Shown in pieces: positions 36,194-45,370 of a stretch of DNA of 64,000 bases. Source of the stretch: an uncultured Thermoleophilaceae bacterium. GTDB lineage: Bacteria; Actinomycetota; Thermoleophilia; Solirubrobacterales; JACPNS01. Location of the stretch: NCBI GenBank assembly GCA_964455545.1, contig CAYVWQ010000002.1:138596-202595 (forward strand), written 5' to 3'. The notes under the pieces were generated by a model. The model was given only the letters and a program-made list of their open reading frames with translations. It did no database searches and was not told where the DNA came from. Position 1 is the first letter of the stretch; each line of letters opens with the position of its first letter. Made by a program: the position numbers and the translations under genes.

Positions 36194-37125
36194 GGAAGCG
36201 TGACCGTCGCGGCGATCGCGTTGTGGTCGCTGGGGGTGAGATCGAACACGCGGTAGTCCGACACCGCCGCGCGCTCGTCGAAGATCACGTGGTCGATCGT
36301 CAACTTGAACGGGCGCGGACCAGGTGCCCAGGTCCACTCGAAACCCTTGCCGGTCTCGCGGCCGGCGTCGTGGTAGCCGCGGCCAAGCACGGTACGGAAG
36401 GAGCGGTGATCGAGCGTGGCATTGAAGTCGCCGACGACGATTCGCGGGGCGCGCAGCCCGGTCGGCGCGATGCCCGATAGCGCCTTGTGCCAACTCGAAG
36501 TTGGACCGCCGGGTTTGACCGGCGGCGCGGGATGGATGTTGCGGAAGAGGAAGCCCTTGCCGAGCACCCGGTAGGTCGGCCACGGCGGATAGGTGACGCG
36601 CTTGAGCGGCCAGCGCGAGAAGGTCACGTAGCCGAGCGTTCCGAACTCGGGATCGCCCTCGACGTAGCGCAGCTCGCCGAGAATGCCGGCGTCCCGAAGT
36701 TGCTGGACATTCTCCGGAGTGGCCTCCTGCAGGGCGACGATGTCGGGGTCGTACTGCTTGATCGCTCCGGTCAACAGTTCGGGGTTTGCCGAACCGTGCA
36801 GCAGGTTGGCGCTGAAGATCCGCACCTTTTGCCCATGCACATCCGGCTGGTCATGCTTGATCGCACGCGGCGCCATCAGTCCGACAAGTACCGCGGTCAG
36901 CCCGACGAGAACGAGCAGCATCCACTTCGCCCGGAAGAGCAGCGCGATGATCAAGGGGATCACCACGCCGGCCGTCACCCAGGGCGTGAACGCAACAGCA
37001 GGTATCAGCGGCCAGACCACGTCGAGGCTGAGGATCCGCATCAGTGCGAACAACCACCAGGGTGAAGTGACGACCAGAACGATCAAGTTCCGGCGCAAAG
37101 AGTTGGAGTCACCAAGCAAGGTCAT
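36190..37125 (-). CDS. Endonuclease/exonuclease/phosphatase (EEP) family protein with N-terminal TM helices
   Basis: Motifs: VRIFSANLLHG, IVALQE, VVGDFN, IDHVIF, SDHNAI. Confidence 0.8.
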   Translation of the reverse strand: MTLLGDSNSLRRNLIVLVVTSPWWLFALMRILSLDVVWPLIPAVAFTPWVTAGVVIPLIIALLFRAKWMLLVLVGLTAVLVGLMAPRAIKHDQPDVHGQKVRIFSANLLHGSANPELLTGAIKQYDPDIVALQEATPENVQQLRDAGILGELRYVEGDPEFGTLGYVTFSRWPLKRVTYPPWPTYRVLGKGFLFRNIHPAPPVKPGGPTSSWHKALSGIAPTGLRAPRIVVGDFNATLDHRSFRTVLGRGYHDAGRETGKGFEWTWAPGPRPFKLTIDHVIFDERAAVSDYRVFDLTPSDHNAIAATVTLP

Positions 37126-37171
37126 CTCACCTTAGGCGCGCCACGGACGACAAACGCAAGCCTCAAACGCC

Positions 37172-37202
37172 GCTTAACCCCGTCGCCGGGACGGGGTTAA
37201 GC
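37172..37202. repeat. Copy 2 of the conserved palindromic element
   Basis: GCTTAACCCCGTC gccgg GACGGGGTTAAGC followed by AAGATTTGCGCCTTAGG. Located 13 nt downstream of the NUDIX stop and 47 nt upstream of the EEP start. Confidence 0.8.
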
Positions 37203-37214
37203 AAGATTTGCGCC

Positions 37215-37784
37215 TTAGGCGAGGAGGCCGCGGGCGACGGATTTGTCGGCCATGCGGCGTACGCCGACATCTACGCCTATCGCGGCGATCTCATCGCGAG
37301 TGAGCCAGCGGGCTTCGGCGGCGTCGGTGGCCGGCTTGAGCTCGACCGGCTCGATCACCGCGAGCGAGCGGAAGTCGAAGTGCAGGTGGGATGGCAGTCC
37401 GCCACGGGGCGCGATCCGGTGCACGTCGAGATCGAAGATCTCCGGAACGACGTTCATCTCGACGCCCAACTCCTCCGACGCCTCGCGGGCAGACACGAGC
37501 GACGGATCTGTCTCGCCCGCTTCGGCGTGCCCGCCCGGCTGCACCCACAGCTTGAGGTTGCGATGGAAGATCAGGGCCGCCCGGCCCTCGGTCGAGACCA
37601 CGAAGCACGAGCCCGTCGCGTGCCCGGGCTCAAACACGCCGCGATCGAACGGGTCGTCGTCCGAACGCACCGAGAGCCAGTCGATCATCGCCAGCTGGTG
37701 TCGCCGCTCGGCCTCGTCGGCAGGGGCGTGCCGCCGGGCGATGGCGAGCAGCTGATCCCGGGTAGATTGCGCGGGTGAATCCAA
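37215..37784 (-). CDS. NUDIX hydrolase
   Basis: Nudix box: GGHAEAGETDPSLVSAREASEELGV. Confidence 0.85.
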   Translation of the reverse strand: MDSPAQSTRDQLLAIARRHAPADEAERRHQLAMIDWLSVRSDDDPFDRGVFEPGHATGSCFVVSTEGRAALIFHRNLKLWVQPGGHAEAGETDPSLVSAREASEELGVEMNVVPEIFDLDVHRIAPRGGLPSHLHFDFRSLAVIEPVELKPATDAAEARWLTRDEIAAIGVDVGVRRMADKSVARGLLA

Positions 37785-37797
37785 GGGGGGAGAGACT

Positions 37798-38625
37798 ATG
37801 AGCGAGACTTACAAAGTTGCGGCGATCGACGACATGGAGTCGATCTGGAAGGGCAGCTACAAGAAGGCGCGCGCGGCGCTCGAGCTGGACGCTTTCGGGC
37901 TCGGCGTGCAGTACATCCCGCCCGACTTCGACCGGATGCCTCCCCACGTTCATTTGCACGACGGACAGGAAGAGGTGTACGTCGCGATCGATGGCAGTGG
38001 CTGGATCGAGCTGGGCGCGGGCGATGAGGCGCATCGCGCCGAGATCGACACCGGCCTCGCGCTTCGAGTCGGACCGGCGGTCACCCGGCGGCCGATCGGC
38101 GGATCCGACGGACTCACGGTCGTGATCGTCGGCGGCACTCCCGGGCGGGCCTACGAGTCGTTCGCCCCGATGGAAGGCGGCGCGCCTGAGCCGAACCCGA
38201 AGGAGCTTCCCGGCGTCGTCGGTGCCGTCGGTCACGAGTCAGGCGACGACAGCTCTTCGGTCGCAATGGACCAGGTGGCGATCACCGGAGTGGTCCCGGG
38301 CGTCGCTTTCTCACCGGTCGGCAAGGCCCTCGGCACCGAGGCGTTCGGAATGGCGCTGATCGAGATCGAGCCCGGCGACGACAGCAACTACCCGATCCAC
38401 AGCCATGAAGCGGACGGCCAGACCGAGGTGTACGTCGTGACCGAAGGCGAGGGCCGAGTCGTGATCGACGGCGAGGCCGTGACCGTGAAGGCCGGCGAGA
38501 TGATCAGCATCGCGCCCAAGGCCGTGCGCCAGTGGTTTGCAGAGGGCGACGAAACGTTGCGGCTGCTCGTCTTCGGCGCGCCGAGCGGGAAGCCTTACGA
38601 GGGGAACAGCCCGACTCAGCTCTAA
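37798..38625 (+). CDS. Bicupin protein
   Basis: Two cupin cores: PPHVHLHDGQEEVYVAIDGSG and YPIHSHEADGQTEVYVVTEGEG. Confidence 0.75.
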   Translation: MSETYKVAAIDDMESIWKGSYKKARAALELDAFGLGVQYIPPDFDRMPPHVHLHDGQEEVYVAIDGSGWIELGAGDEAHRAEIDTGLALRVGPAVTRRPIGGSDGLTVVIVGGTPGRAYESFAPMEGGAPEPNPKELPGVVGAVGHESGDDSSSVAMDQVAITGVVPGVAFSPVGKALGTEAFGMALIEIEPGDDSNYPIHSHEADGQTEVYVVTEGEGRVVIDGEAVTVKAGEMISIAPKAVRQWFAEGDETLRLLVFGAPSGKPYEGNSPTQL

Positions 38626-39380
38626 GCCGGTGCCCCGCCGCGCCCGGCACCGTCTGCAAATCGCTGGGCGCCCTTCAAAGCAACCTCGAGCGTCTCGATC
38701 CCGGCGGCCTTCTCGATCGCGATTCCCTCGTCGAGCGTCCGGCCGCGCCCGGCGAGCATCGAGGCGCGGTCAGCCAGCATCGTTTCGCGCGGGAAGCTCG
38801 CGAGCATCTCGGCATACTCAAGCGCGGCTTCGAGGTGGCCGCCCGCCGGGGCGCGCCGCGTGACAAGGCCGATCTGCTCGGCCTCGTCGAGCTCGACCAT
38901 CCGCCCCGAGAGAACCAGGTCCATCGCGCGCCCGAGTCCGACGATCGGCGCGATGCGCTGGGTTCCGCCGTCGATCAGCGGCACGCCCCAGCGGCGCTCC
39001 GGGAAGCCGAACACAGCGCTCTCCGCGCAGATTCGTAGGTCGCACCACAGCGCAAGCTCGAATCCGCCGGCGACCGCATAGCCGGAGATGGCGGCGATCG
39101 TCGGCTTCGGCGAAGTCTGGTGCGTGAAGCCCATCGGGTCCTTGCCGGCGCGCAGGCGCGGCTCGTAGGAGGCGAGACCCTTGAGGTCCGCGCCGGCGCA
39201 GAAGGCTTCGGTGCCGGCCCCGGTGAGGATCATCGTCAGGGCGTCATCGTCGGCGAGGAACTCCGCGTAGGCCGCCTCGAGCTGGTCGGCCGTCGGGCCA
39301 TTGACCGCGTTGCGCCGTTCGGGCCGGTTGATCGTGACGATCGCGGCCGAGCCGGTGCGCTCGTAAAGCACTTCGGGCAT
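38622..39380 (-). CDS. Enoyl-CoA hydratase/isomerase (crotonase) family protein
   Basis: Motifs: ITINRPERRNAV, FCAGADLK, AISGYAVAGGFELAL. Confidence 0.85.
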   Translation of the reverse strand: MPEVLYERTGSAAIVTINRPERRNAVNGPTADQLEAAYAEFLADDDALTMILTGAGTEAFCAGADLKGLASYEPRLRAGKDPMGFTHQTSPKPTIAAISGYAVAGGFELALWCDLRICAESAVFGFPERRWGVPLIDGGTQRIAPIVGLGRAMDLVLSGRMVELDEAEQIGLVTRRAPAGGHLEAALEYAEMLASFPRETMLADRASMLAGRGRTLDEGIAIEKAAGIETLEVALKGAQRFADGAGRGGAPA

Positions 39381-39423
39381 GGAGTCAGGCTAACGGCGCC
39401 CGGCCCCGGGATAGATTCGCGTC

Positions 39424-40383
39424 GTGAAATTCCTCGGGCGATCGGTTGGGATGTTGCTGGTTGCGGTGCTGGCAGCGCTCGCGCTCGCGGGCTGCGAGAA
39501 CGGCGACATCAAGCCCGCGACAGGACCGGTCACGCCGATCAGGCGCAACCCCGCCAACGCCGACGTGAACCTGACGATCGGCGGCAAGAACTTCACCGAG
39601 CAGGAGATCCTCGCGCAGATCTACTCGCAGGGCCTACGCGCTGCTGGCTACAACGTGACGATCGACACCGGCTTCGAGGACGAGAACGCGGCCCTCAGCG
39701 CGCTGAAGGACGGAAAGATCAGCGGCTACGGCGAGTACGTCGGGACCGCCCTGTTGAGCTTCTTCGACACTCAGGCAACGGACATGCCGCATACACAGGA
39801 CAAGGCGTACAAGCTCGCGGTCACGGACTTCGGCGAGATTGGGATTGACGCCTTCGCGCCGACGCCGTTCTCCAACTCGAACGCGCTGGCGATGACGAAG
39901 GCGCGCGCGAAAGAACTGCACGTCTCGAGGATCGACCAGTTGACGGGCAAGCAGGGGCAGCTGACGATGGCGGGAGCCCCCGAGTGCAAGTTCCGCGCGG
40001 ACTGCCTGAAGGGGCTGTCGGACGAGTACGCACTTGATTTCAACAAGTTCCTGCCGACCCCGCCGGTCGACCGCCACGAAGTGCTGCTCGACGGGAGCGC
40101 TGACGTATCGGTCGTTTATGAGACGGACCCGCAGATCATCCGTGACCGCCTGAAGGTGCTCGACGACTCGGCCGGGATCTTCCCGCCCGACAACGTCACG
40201 TTCATCACGCTCGACGAGACGAACGAGAAAGCCGGCCCGGATTATCGGAAGACGATCGAGGCGGTGGGTTCCAGACTGACGACTCCGAAGATGCGCGCGC
40301 TGAACGCGCAAGTCGACTTCGACAAGAAGTCGCCGGCCGTGGTCGCGGCGGGGTATCTGCGCTCGGAGGGGTTCGTTCAGTAG
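39424..40383 (+). CDS. Glycine betaine/choline-type ABC transporter substrate-binding lipoprotein (OpuAC-like), orphan
   Basis: Lipobox-like LALAGC. Also IGGKNFTEQEILAQIYSQGLRAAGY and LKDGKISGYGEYVGT. No permease or ATPase gene is adjacent. Confidence 0.75.
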   Translation: MKFLGRSVGMLLVAVLAALALAGCENGDIKPATGPVTPIRRNPANADVNLTIGGKNFTEQEILAQIYSQGLRAAGYNVTIDTGFEDENAALSALKDGKISGYGEYVGTALLSFFDTQATDMPHTQDKAYKLAVTDFGEIGIDAFAPTPFSNSNALAMTKARAKELHVSRIDQLTGKQGQLTMAGAPECKFRADCLKGLSDEYALDFNKFLPTPPVDRHEVLLDGSADVSVVYETDPQIIRDRLKVLDDSAGIFPPDNVTFITLDETNEKAGPDYRKTIEAVGSRLTTPKMRALNAQVDFDKKSPAVVAAGYLRSEGFVQ

Positions 40384-40478
40384 CGGCCGCGGGCATTCAG
40401 GATGCCCTCGAGATGCCGATACGATTCCTCGTGCTGCTTGGGGAAGCGGTTCCCAACCCACCGCCACCTCAAGTTCGC

Positions 40479-40551
40479 GCCGACGTAGCTCAGTTGGTAG
40501 AGCACTTCACTCGTAATGAAGGGGTCCCCGGTTCGAATCCGGGCGTCGGCT
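40479..40551 (+). tRNA. tRNA-Thr (anticodon CGT)
   Basis: Hand-folded cloverleaf: acceptor GCCGACG/CGTCGGC, D arm GCTC-AGTTGGTA-GAGC, anticodon arm CTTCA-CTCGTAA-TGAAG, T arm CCCGG-TTCGAAT-CCGGG. 73 nt. CCA is not encoded. Confidence 0.9.
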
Positions 40552-40579
40552 TCAAGCTAGTTCCCGGCCTCCCGCTCGA

Positions 40580-41455
40580 ATGCGACCAACCGAACTCGCA
40601 AGTCAGCTTGGAATCTCACCAAAGTCGTTGCGTGCGTGGTTGCGCGCGACGTTCCCGCGGACATCCGATGAACATGGGTCTGAATGGGTTCTGACGCAGG
40701 AACAGGTGGAGGCTGCCACCGACTACTGGCGACCGCGGGATAGTTCGAAGAGCGCAGCGCTTCGTTCACGGCGACACGGCTGGGTAGAAGATGAGGTCAT
40801 ATTGGCTCTCGAGCTGTATGTCCGCGAAGGCGTTGGAGCGTCTCCCGATTCGGTGAACAGACTCAGCTCGATTCTTCGGGGGCTGCCGATCGAAAAAGAG
40901 CTAGCGAAGGACGAGGCGTTTCGCAGTCCATCGAGCGTGAAGTTCAAGTTGGGAAACCTTGACTCAATCGCCTCAGGCGGCGCCTCAGGGTTTGCAAACG
41001 CAAGCATGCTTGATCGAGAGATTTGGTTTGCCTACGCGGACGAGCGCGAGCAGCTCGAGATAGATGCCATTTCGATTCTCGAGAACATTGAGGAGGCTGG
41101 TGAGGTCGGCCAGTTGGAGCTCGAAGAAGAGCCGCCAATAGAGGGCCGCATCGTCGCCGCCGTGCACAAGAGGAGAGAAAGAGACTCCCGCCTGCGAAGG
41201 CGGAAGATCCAGGCCGCCGAAACACTCGCCTGCGAAGCCTGCGGCTTTGATTTTGAGGACTCTTACGGTGAAAGGGGCGCCGGCTTCGTTGAATGTCACC
41301 ACCTGGTTCCACTCGCGGAACTCGGAGCGAGCGGTCGTCGTACTTCGTTGGACGACCTTGCGTTGCTTTGTGCCAATTGCCATCGAATGATTCATCGAGA
41401 GCGCCCCTGGCTAACCCTGCCTGAGCTCAGGGCGTCGATAAATCGGCGCATCTAG
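40580..41455 (+). CDS. HNH nuclease of the predicted restriction-endonuclease type (COG3183-like)
   Basis: C-terminal HNH/zinc motif CEACGFDFEDSYGERGAGFVECHHLVPLAE..LLCANCHRMIH. The middle region WVEDEVILALELY..FRSPSSVKFKLGNL is typical of this group. Confidence 0.75.
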   Translation: MRPTELASQLGISPKSLRAWLRATFPRTSDEHGSEWVLTQEQVEAATDYWRPRDSSKSAALRSRRHGWVEDEVILALELYVREGVGASPDSVNRLSSILRGLPIEKELAKDEAFRSPSSVKFKLGNLDSIASGGASGFANASMLDREIWFAYADEREQLEIDAISILENIEEAGEVGQLELEEEPPIEGRIVAAVHKRRERDSRLRRRKIQAAETLACEACGFDFEDSYGERGAGFVECHHLVPLAELGASGRRTSLDDLALLCANCHRMIHRERPWLTLPELRASINRRI

Positions 41456-41522
41456 TAGCCGCGACCCGGGACTGCCTAGGTCTCGAGGCAGGTTCGCATT
41501 CAGATAGCTGGAACCAGAACAC

Positions 41523-42521
41523 GTGAACGAGGAACAGTTGGATCCCGCCGACTTTGCCGTTCGGCCGCAGCAAGCGCTCGATGGCGAAATCACGCGCGTA
41601 GTAGAGGCGATCAAGAGTGCGGATCCGGACGGCTCGCGCTTTGCCGAGACGATCCGAGCTACCTACGACCAGATTTACGACGGCCAGCACACCGGTCGCT
41701 ACTCCGTTGAGGAGTTGATGAAGACCGAGAAGACTCACATCGGAACGATTGTCGAGATCAATCTCCAACGTGAATTTGAGTGGGATGACGGAACGCTGTT
41801 CGATTACACCATCGCCGACGCCGACATCGACTGCAAATTCGCACAGAAGTTTGGCTCATGGATGATCCCGCCTGAGCTCTATGACAACAATGGACTAGCG
41901 CTCGTGGTTTGGGCCGACGATGCTGTAGGCAGATGGTCCGTTGGAGTCGTGCGGACTACCGACGACGTGCTCCGGGAAGGCAAGAACCGAGACGGCAAGA
42001 AGTCGCTTCGCGCGGGGTCGCTTGAGACCGTGACCTGGATTTGGCGAGACGCACATCTTCCTGAAAACACGCTCCTTCACCTCGATCCTTTCATTCGAGA
42101 TCGTGTTCTCGCCGCTGAGGGCTCGAAGCAAAACAGCGGTGCGGGCCGTGTTCGCGCGCTATTTCGCCTCGTCCAAGCACGAGTGATAAACCGTGCGACT
42201 GTTGTGACTGTTGCGCGCCAAGATGACCCCATGAAGCGCGCTCGAGAGGTTCGCGAAAAGAAGTGGCTCGGGAGGGAAGGAATCGTTGTTCTGGGTCACT
42301 GGAATGAGCACGCGGACATTGCAAGAGCTCTCGGACTCCCGGTTCCTTCGCGTGGCAGTTTTGTGAGCTCACGTGTGGTCGTCGCCGCACCTGACTGGAG
42401 CGGTCCTTCCGCCCAGATCGGTCAGGATCGATTTCGAGTCGCGACGGAGTCAGATCCTGTGACTCCCGCCCCCAGCGTCCGTTGGCGGCCACCCAGAAAC
42501 GACGACGAGTCCGCTGCTTAG
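41523..42521 (+). CDS. Type II restriction endonuclease, NaeI-like family
   Basis: YDGQHTGRYSVEELMKTEKTHIGTIVEINLQREFEWDDGTLFDYTIADADIDCKF and VTVARQDDPMKR match my recollection of the NaeI family core. A C5-MTase lies convergently adjacent. Needs HMM confirmation. Confidence 0.65.
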   Translation: MNEEQLDPADFAVRPQQALDGEITRVVEAIKSADPDGSRFAETIRATYDQIYDGQHTGRYSVEELMKTEKTHIGTIVEINLQREFEWDDGTLFDYTIADADIDCKFAQKFGSWMIPPELYDNNGLALVVWADDAVGRWSVGVVRTTDDVLREGKNRDGKKSLRAGSLETVTWIWRDAHLPENTLLHLDPFIRDRVLAAEGSKQNSGAGRVRALFRLVQARVINRATVVTVARQDDPMKRAREVREKKWLGREGIVVLGHWNEHADIARALGLPVPSRGSFVSSRVVVAAPDWSGPSAQIGQDRFRVATESDPVTPAPSVRWRPPRNDDESAA

Positions 42522-42579
42522 TGGCGGGCAACAGACGGGTCTGCGAGCGACCTCTGCGCCTTAGCGGCAGATGACGCCC

Positions 42580-43677
42580 TCACGCCGCGAGGGCTGGCAC
42601 GCGGGTGTGCCCTGCTTCGAGATGCGACGCGCGCAGTGCCTGGGAGATGGCGACACCGACCGCGTTCGCCACGGGGGGTGGGAATGCATTCCCGACCTGT
42701 CGATAGCTCGCGGTTTTCTTGCCCGCGAAGTTCCAGGAATCCGGGAACCCCTGAAGCCGGGCAGTCATGCGAACTGTGAGCCGAGGCATCCCTTGAAACT
42801 GCACCGTGGGCGGGAAGTCGGCGAGCCCTCTCCCGTCGACTCCAAGTGATTCCCACTCCGCCCGCGCACGAGTTGGTCCTAGGTCCGGGCCACCGTGCTT
42901 CTTTGATCCTCCAACGAGAGTGGGACCAATCTTGTCGGCTTTCGATTTCCATTCTTCAGCACCGATCCACCCGTCTTCAGCGAGCAGGTCAAACAGGAAC
43001 TCGCCCACCGTTGGGGTGGACTCGGGATTTCCTTCCGGCCACATGAAGTGTTCCCATGCATCGGGGCGAAGCGCGACGAGTATCGCTCGCGGCCGAAGCT
43101 GCGGAACTCCGAAGTCCGCCGCGTGAAGCAATTTCCATTCGGAGACGTAGCCAAGCTCCTCGAGTTCCTCTTGGAGATCGTTGCGGTAGTCGTCGAACTT
43201 GGGCGAGAGCAGGCCTCTAACGTTTTCTAGAAGGACTGCTTCGGGCCGACATTCTCTCGCAAGCCGCAGCGCCTGTGGAAAGAGATCGCGTTCGTCGGCT
43301 CCGCCGAGCTGTTTTCCTGCAAGCGAAAACGGAGGACAAGGAACGCCTCCTGCGAGAAGGTGAATTTTTCCTCGCCACGGAGCCGCGGAAAATGCTCGAA
43401 CGTCGCCGGGTCCGCCACTCGCGTCAGTTACGCCGGGCGCAGGGCCAATCACGTTCCAGTTTGGTCGGTTCAGACGGAGGGTTGCTGCTGCCCAGTGGTC
43501 TATTTCGACTACTGCCTCGTGAGAGAACCCAGCTTCCTCTAGGCCTAGTGCCTGGCCGCCTGCACCGGCACAGATCTCGATCGAAGTCAGCTCTCCAACA
43601 AACGTTTCGGCGTTCGGCAAGCTCTGGGGATCGCGTGTCCACGGGGGATTGTCTGAAATCAAACTCATTTGCTCCAA
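42580..43677 (-). CDS. DNA (cytosine-5)-methyltransferase
   Basis: Motif I EICAGAGGQALGLEEAGF, motif IV GGVPCPPFSLAGK, motif VI LLENVRGL, plus QVGNAFPPPVA. The start is TTG 43677 or ATG 43668. Confidence 0.9.
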   Translation of the reverse strand: MEQMSLISDNPPWTRDPQSLPNAETFVGELTSIEICAGAGGQALGLEEAGFSHEAVVEIDHWAAATLRLNRPNWNVIGPAPGVTDASGGPGDVRAFSAAPWRGKIHLLAGGVPCPPFSLAGKQLGGADERDLFPQALRLARECRPEAVLLENVRGLLSPKFDDYRNDLQEELEELGYVSEWKLLHAADFGVPQLRPRAILVALRPDAWEHFMWPEGNPESTPTVGEFLFDLLAEDGWIGAEEWKSKADKIGPTLVGGSKKHGGPDLGPTRARAEWESLGVDGRGLADFPPTVQFQGMPRLTVRMTARLQGFPDSWNFAGKKTASYRQVGNAFPPPVANAVGVAISQALRASHLEAGHTRVPALAA

Positions 43678-43988
43678 TGGGTTCGTGCCTTTCGGATCGA
43701 CGACTCGCGCCAGCAGGTCTGACGCTGGATCGTTCGCGTCGCCGGTTCATGCACGAACGGATGTTCGATCATGTACCACTCATCGGACAGAATGATGAGG
43801 GGATCCTAGGCAGGAGAATTGACGCCTGAATTGGCGTTTGCCGCTCACACGCGTCCGACGCGCGGCCTGCCCGTCGTGAATGATCACGGCGCCAACTACA
43901 TGCCGCTCTCGCCCCATCGACCCTTCCGTTTGAGTCTGGGAGTTACTGGTTTGTGCCGAGGTAGTGGCGGAGGGCTGGTCTTGGCGGC

Positions 43989-44738
43989 TCAGCCGTACGC
44001 CCCAAGCTCGACCCCATCGGGCATCCGCTCGATTGCACCCGCGATCTCCTCGATCTCTTGGCGACTCAGTTTGGTCTCGAGCGAATAGAGCCAAGCGGAG
44101 AGCGTGTCGCCGGCGACATACGTGACGTTGTCAATGCTCAAGTGGTTTTGAGGGAAATCGGCCCAAAGCACTATCACAGCCTGCACCCATGGATTCGTAG
44201 AAGTCGAGCTCTTCAGCTCGCGATTGATTTGTGCCGCGGTTCGTCGGGCGGCATCGGGTAGGCGCGGTTGCGCGAAGCCGTCCCTCCGGACCACCCCGTC
44301 GACGATCTCGACCATGCCACTCCAGTTCTTGGAGTCGATGGCAAGGACGCCACCCGGACCAACCAAAACATGGTCGACGTTCTTTCGGCCAAGCGCGCGG
44401 TCGTGGACGGTCTTCCATCCTAAGTCGTTGAGTTTCTCGAGCTCAATCGCAGTCGACGCCTCGCCTTCCGCTCCCCGGCGCCAGTTTCCGACTCGCAGCG
44501 GAGGAATGGTGAACGCCACTAACGAGGCAAGGAGTCCTACTCCGGACATGAGTCCGAGCAGGAAGCTCAAGAACGGATTCACGTCAAAGAAGATCATCGC
44601 TCCAACGGCGACGACTGGTAGGAGGAGCAGATAAATGAGGGAGTACCGATTCTCCCACCACCACTCATTCATCTGGCGCCGATACTCCTGCTCACTTGAA
44701 GCGCCTGCCGCCTTCTTATCGAGCTTGCTTGTCCACAT
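43989..44738 (-). CDS. NERD (nuclease-related) domain protein with N-terminal TM helices
   Basis: GAEGEASTAIELEKL..VHDRALGRKNVDHVLVGPGGVLAIDSKNWSG. Start at ATG 44738. Confidence 0.7.
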   Translation of the reverse strand: MWTSKLDKKAAGASSEQEYRRQMNEWWWENRYSLIYLLLLPVVAVGAMIFFDVNPFLSFLLGLMSGVGLLASLVAFTIPPLRVGNWRRGAEGEASTAIELEKLNDLGWKTVHDRALGRKNVDHVLVGPGGVLAIDSKNWSGMVEIVDGVVRRDGFAQPRLPDAARRTAAQINRELKSSTSTNPWVQAVIVLWADFPQNHLSIDNVTYVAGDTLSAWLYSLETKLSRQEIEEIAGAIERMPDGVELGAYG

Positions 44739-44830
44739 GGCTCCACTATCGGCAACTGATGGACTCGTCAGAAAACCACTTCGCCGAACGGCCACCCCTG
44801 GCAATCGCTCATCCAAACCAGGAGACCAGT

Positions 44831-45370
44831 ATGCGAAAGGCCCTACTCGCAGCATTCGCGCTGCTCATGCTCTTCGGCCTCACAGCAGAAAGCTGCGAGA
44901 CCACCACCAACTCCACGCCCGACGCCTCGAGCTCAAGTGACTCGAAGAGTGAGGCAAAGACCGCCGCGAAGGTCGGCGACACGCTGACCCTCCACGACTC
45001 GAACGACAACGAGTACAAGGTCACCCTCACAAAGTTCCTCCGCAACGCCGAAGGCGGCGAGTTCGATGAGCCGGATGCCGGCAACAGGTTCGTCGGCGTC
45101 AAGCTCACGATCAAGAACGTCAGCGAGGCGACGTACTCCGACTCGCCGTCGAACGGATCTGTCCTGATCGACACACGCGACGACCAGTACGACGCGGCGC
45201 TCTTGACTGACGGGAACTGCGAACTCCCTGCCTCGGTGAAGATCGCTCCAGGCGATCAGCGCCGCGTCTGTATTCCGTTCGAAATGCCGAAGAAGCGCAT
45301 GGCCGCGAAGTTCCAGTTCGCGCTCGACTCCGGGTTCTCCGACGAGAACGGCGAGTGGTCGCTGCGATGA
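44831..45370 (+). CDS. DUF4352-like lipoprotein
   Basis: Signal plus lipobox-like MRKALLAAFALLMLFGLTAESC, RBS GGAGA. Beta-sandwich pattern VGDTLTL..YKVTLTKF..FVGVKLTIKNVS. Confidence 0.7.
   Translation: MRKALLAAFALLMLFGLTAESCETTTNSTPDASSSSDSKSEAKTAAKVGDTLTLHDSNDNEYKVTLTKFLRNAEGGEFDEPDAGNRFVGVKLTIKNVSEATYSDSPSNGSVLIDTRDDQYDAALLTDGNCELPASVKIAPGDQRRVCIPFEMPKKRMAAKFQFALDSGFSDENGEWSLR

Noticed and set aside
40413-40694. 93-aa ORF overlapping the tRNA.
   Set aside because: It reads straight through tRNA-Thr and into the HNH gene start region. Artefact.
43780-44094. 104-aa minus ORF containing RHVVGAVIIHDGQAARRT, reminiscent of a MutT/NUDIX N-terminus, between the MTase and NERD genes.
   Set aside because: No Nudix box follows and the ORF terminates after about 45 aa of that segment. 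It also overlaps the NERD 3' end. Possibly a gene fragment, but the evidence is too thin.
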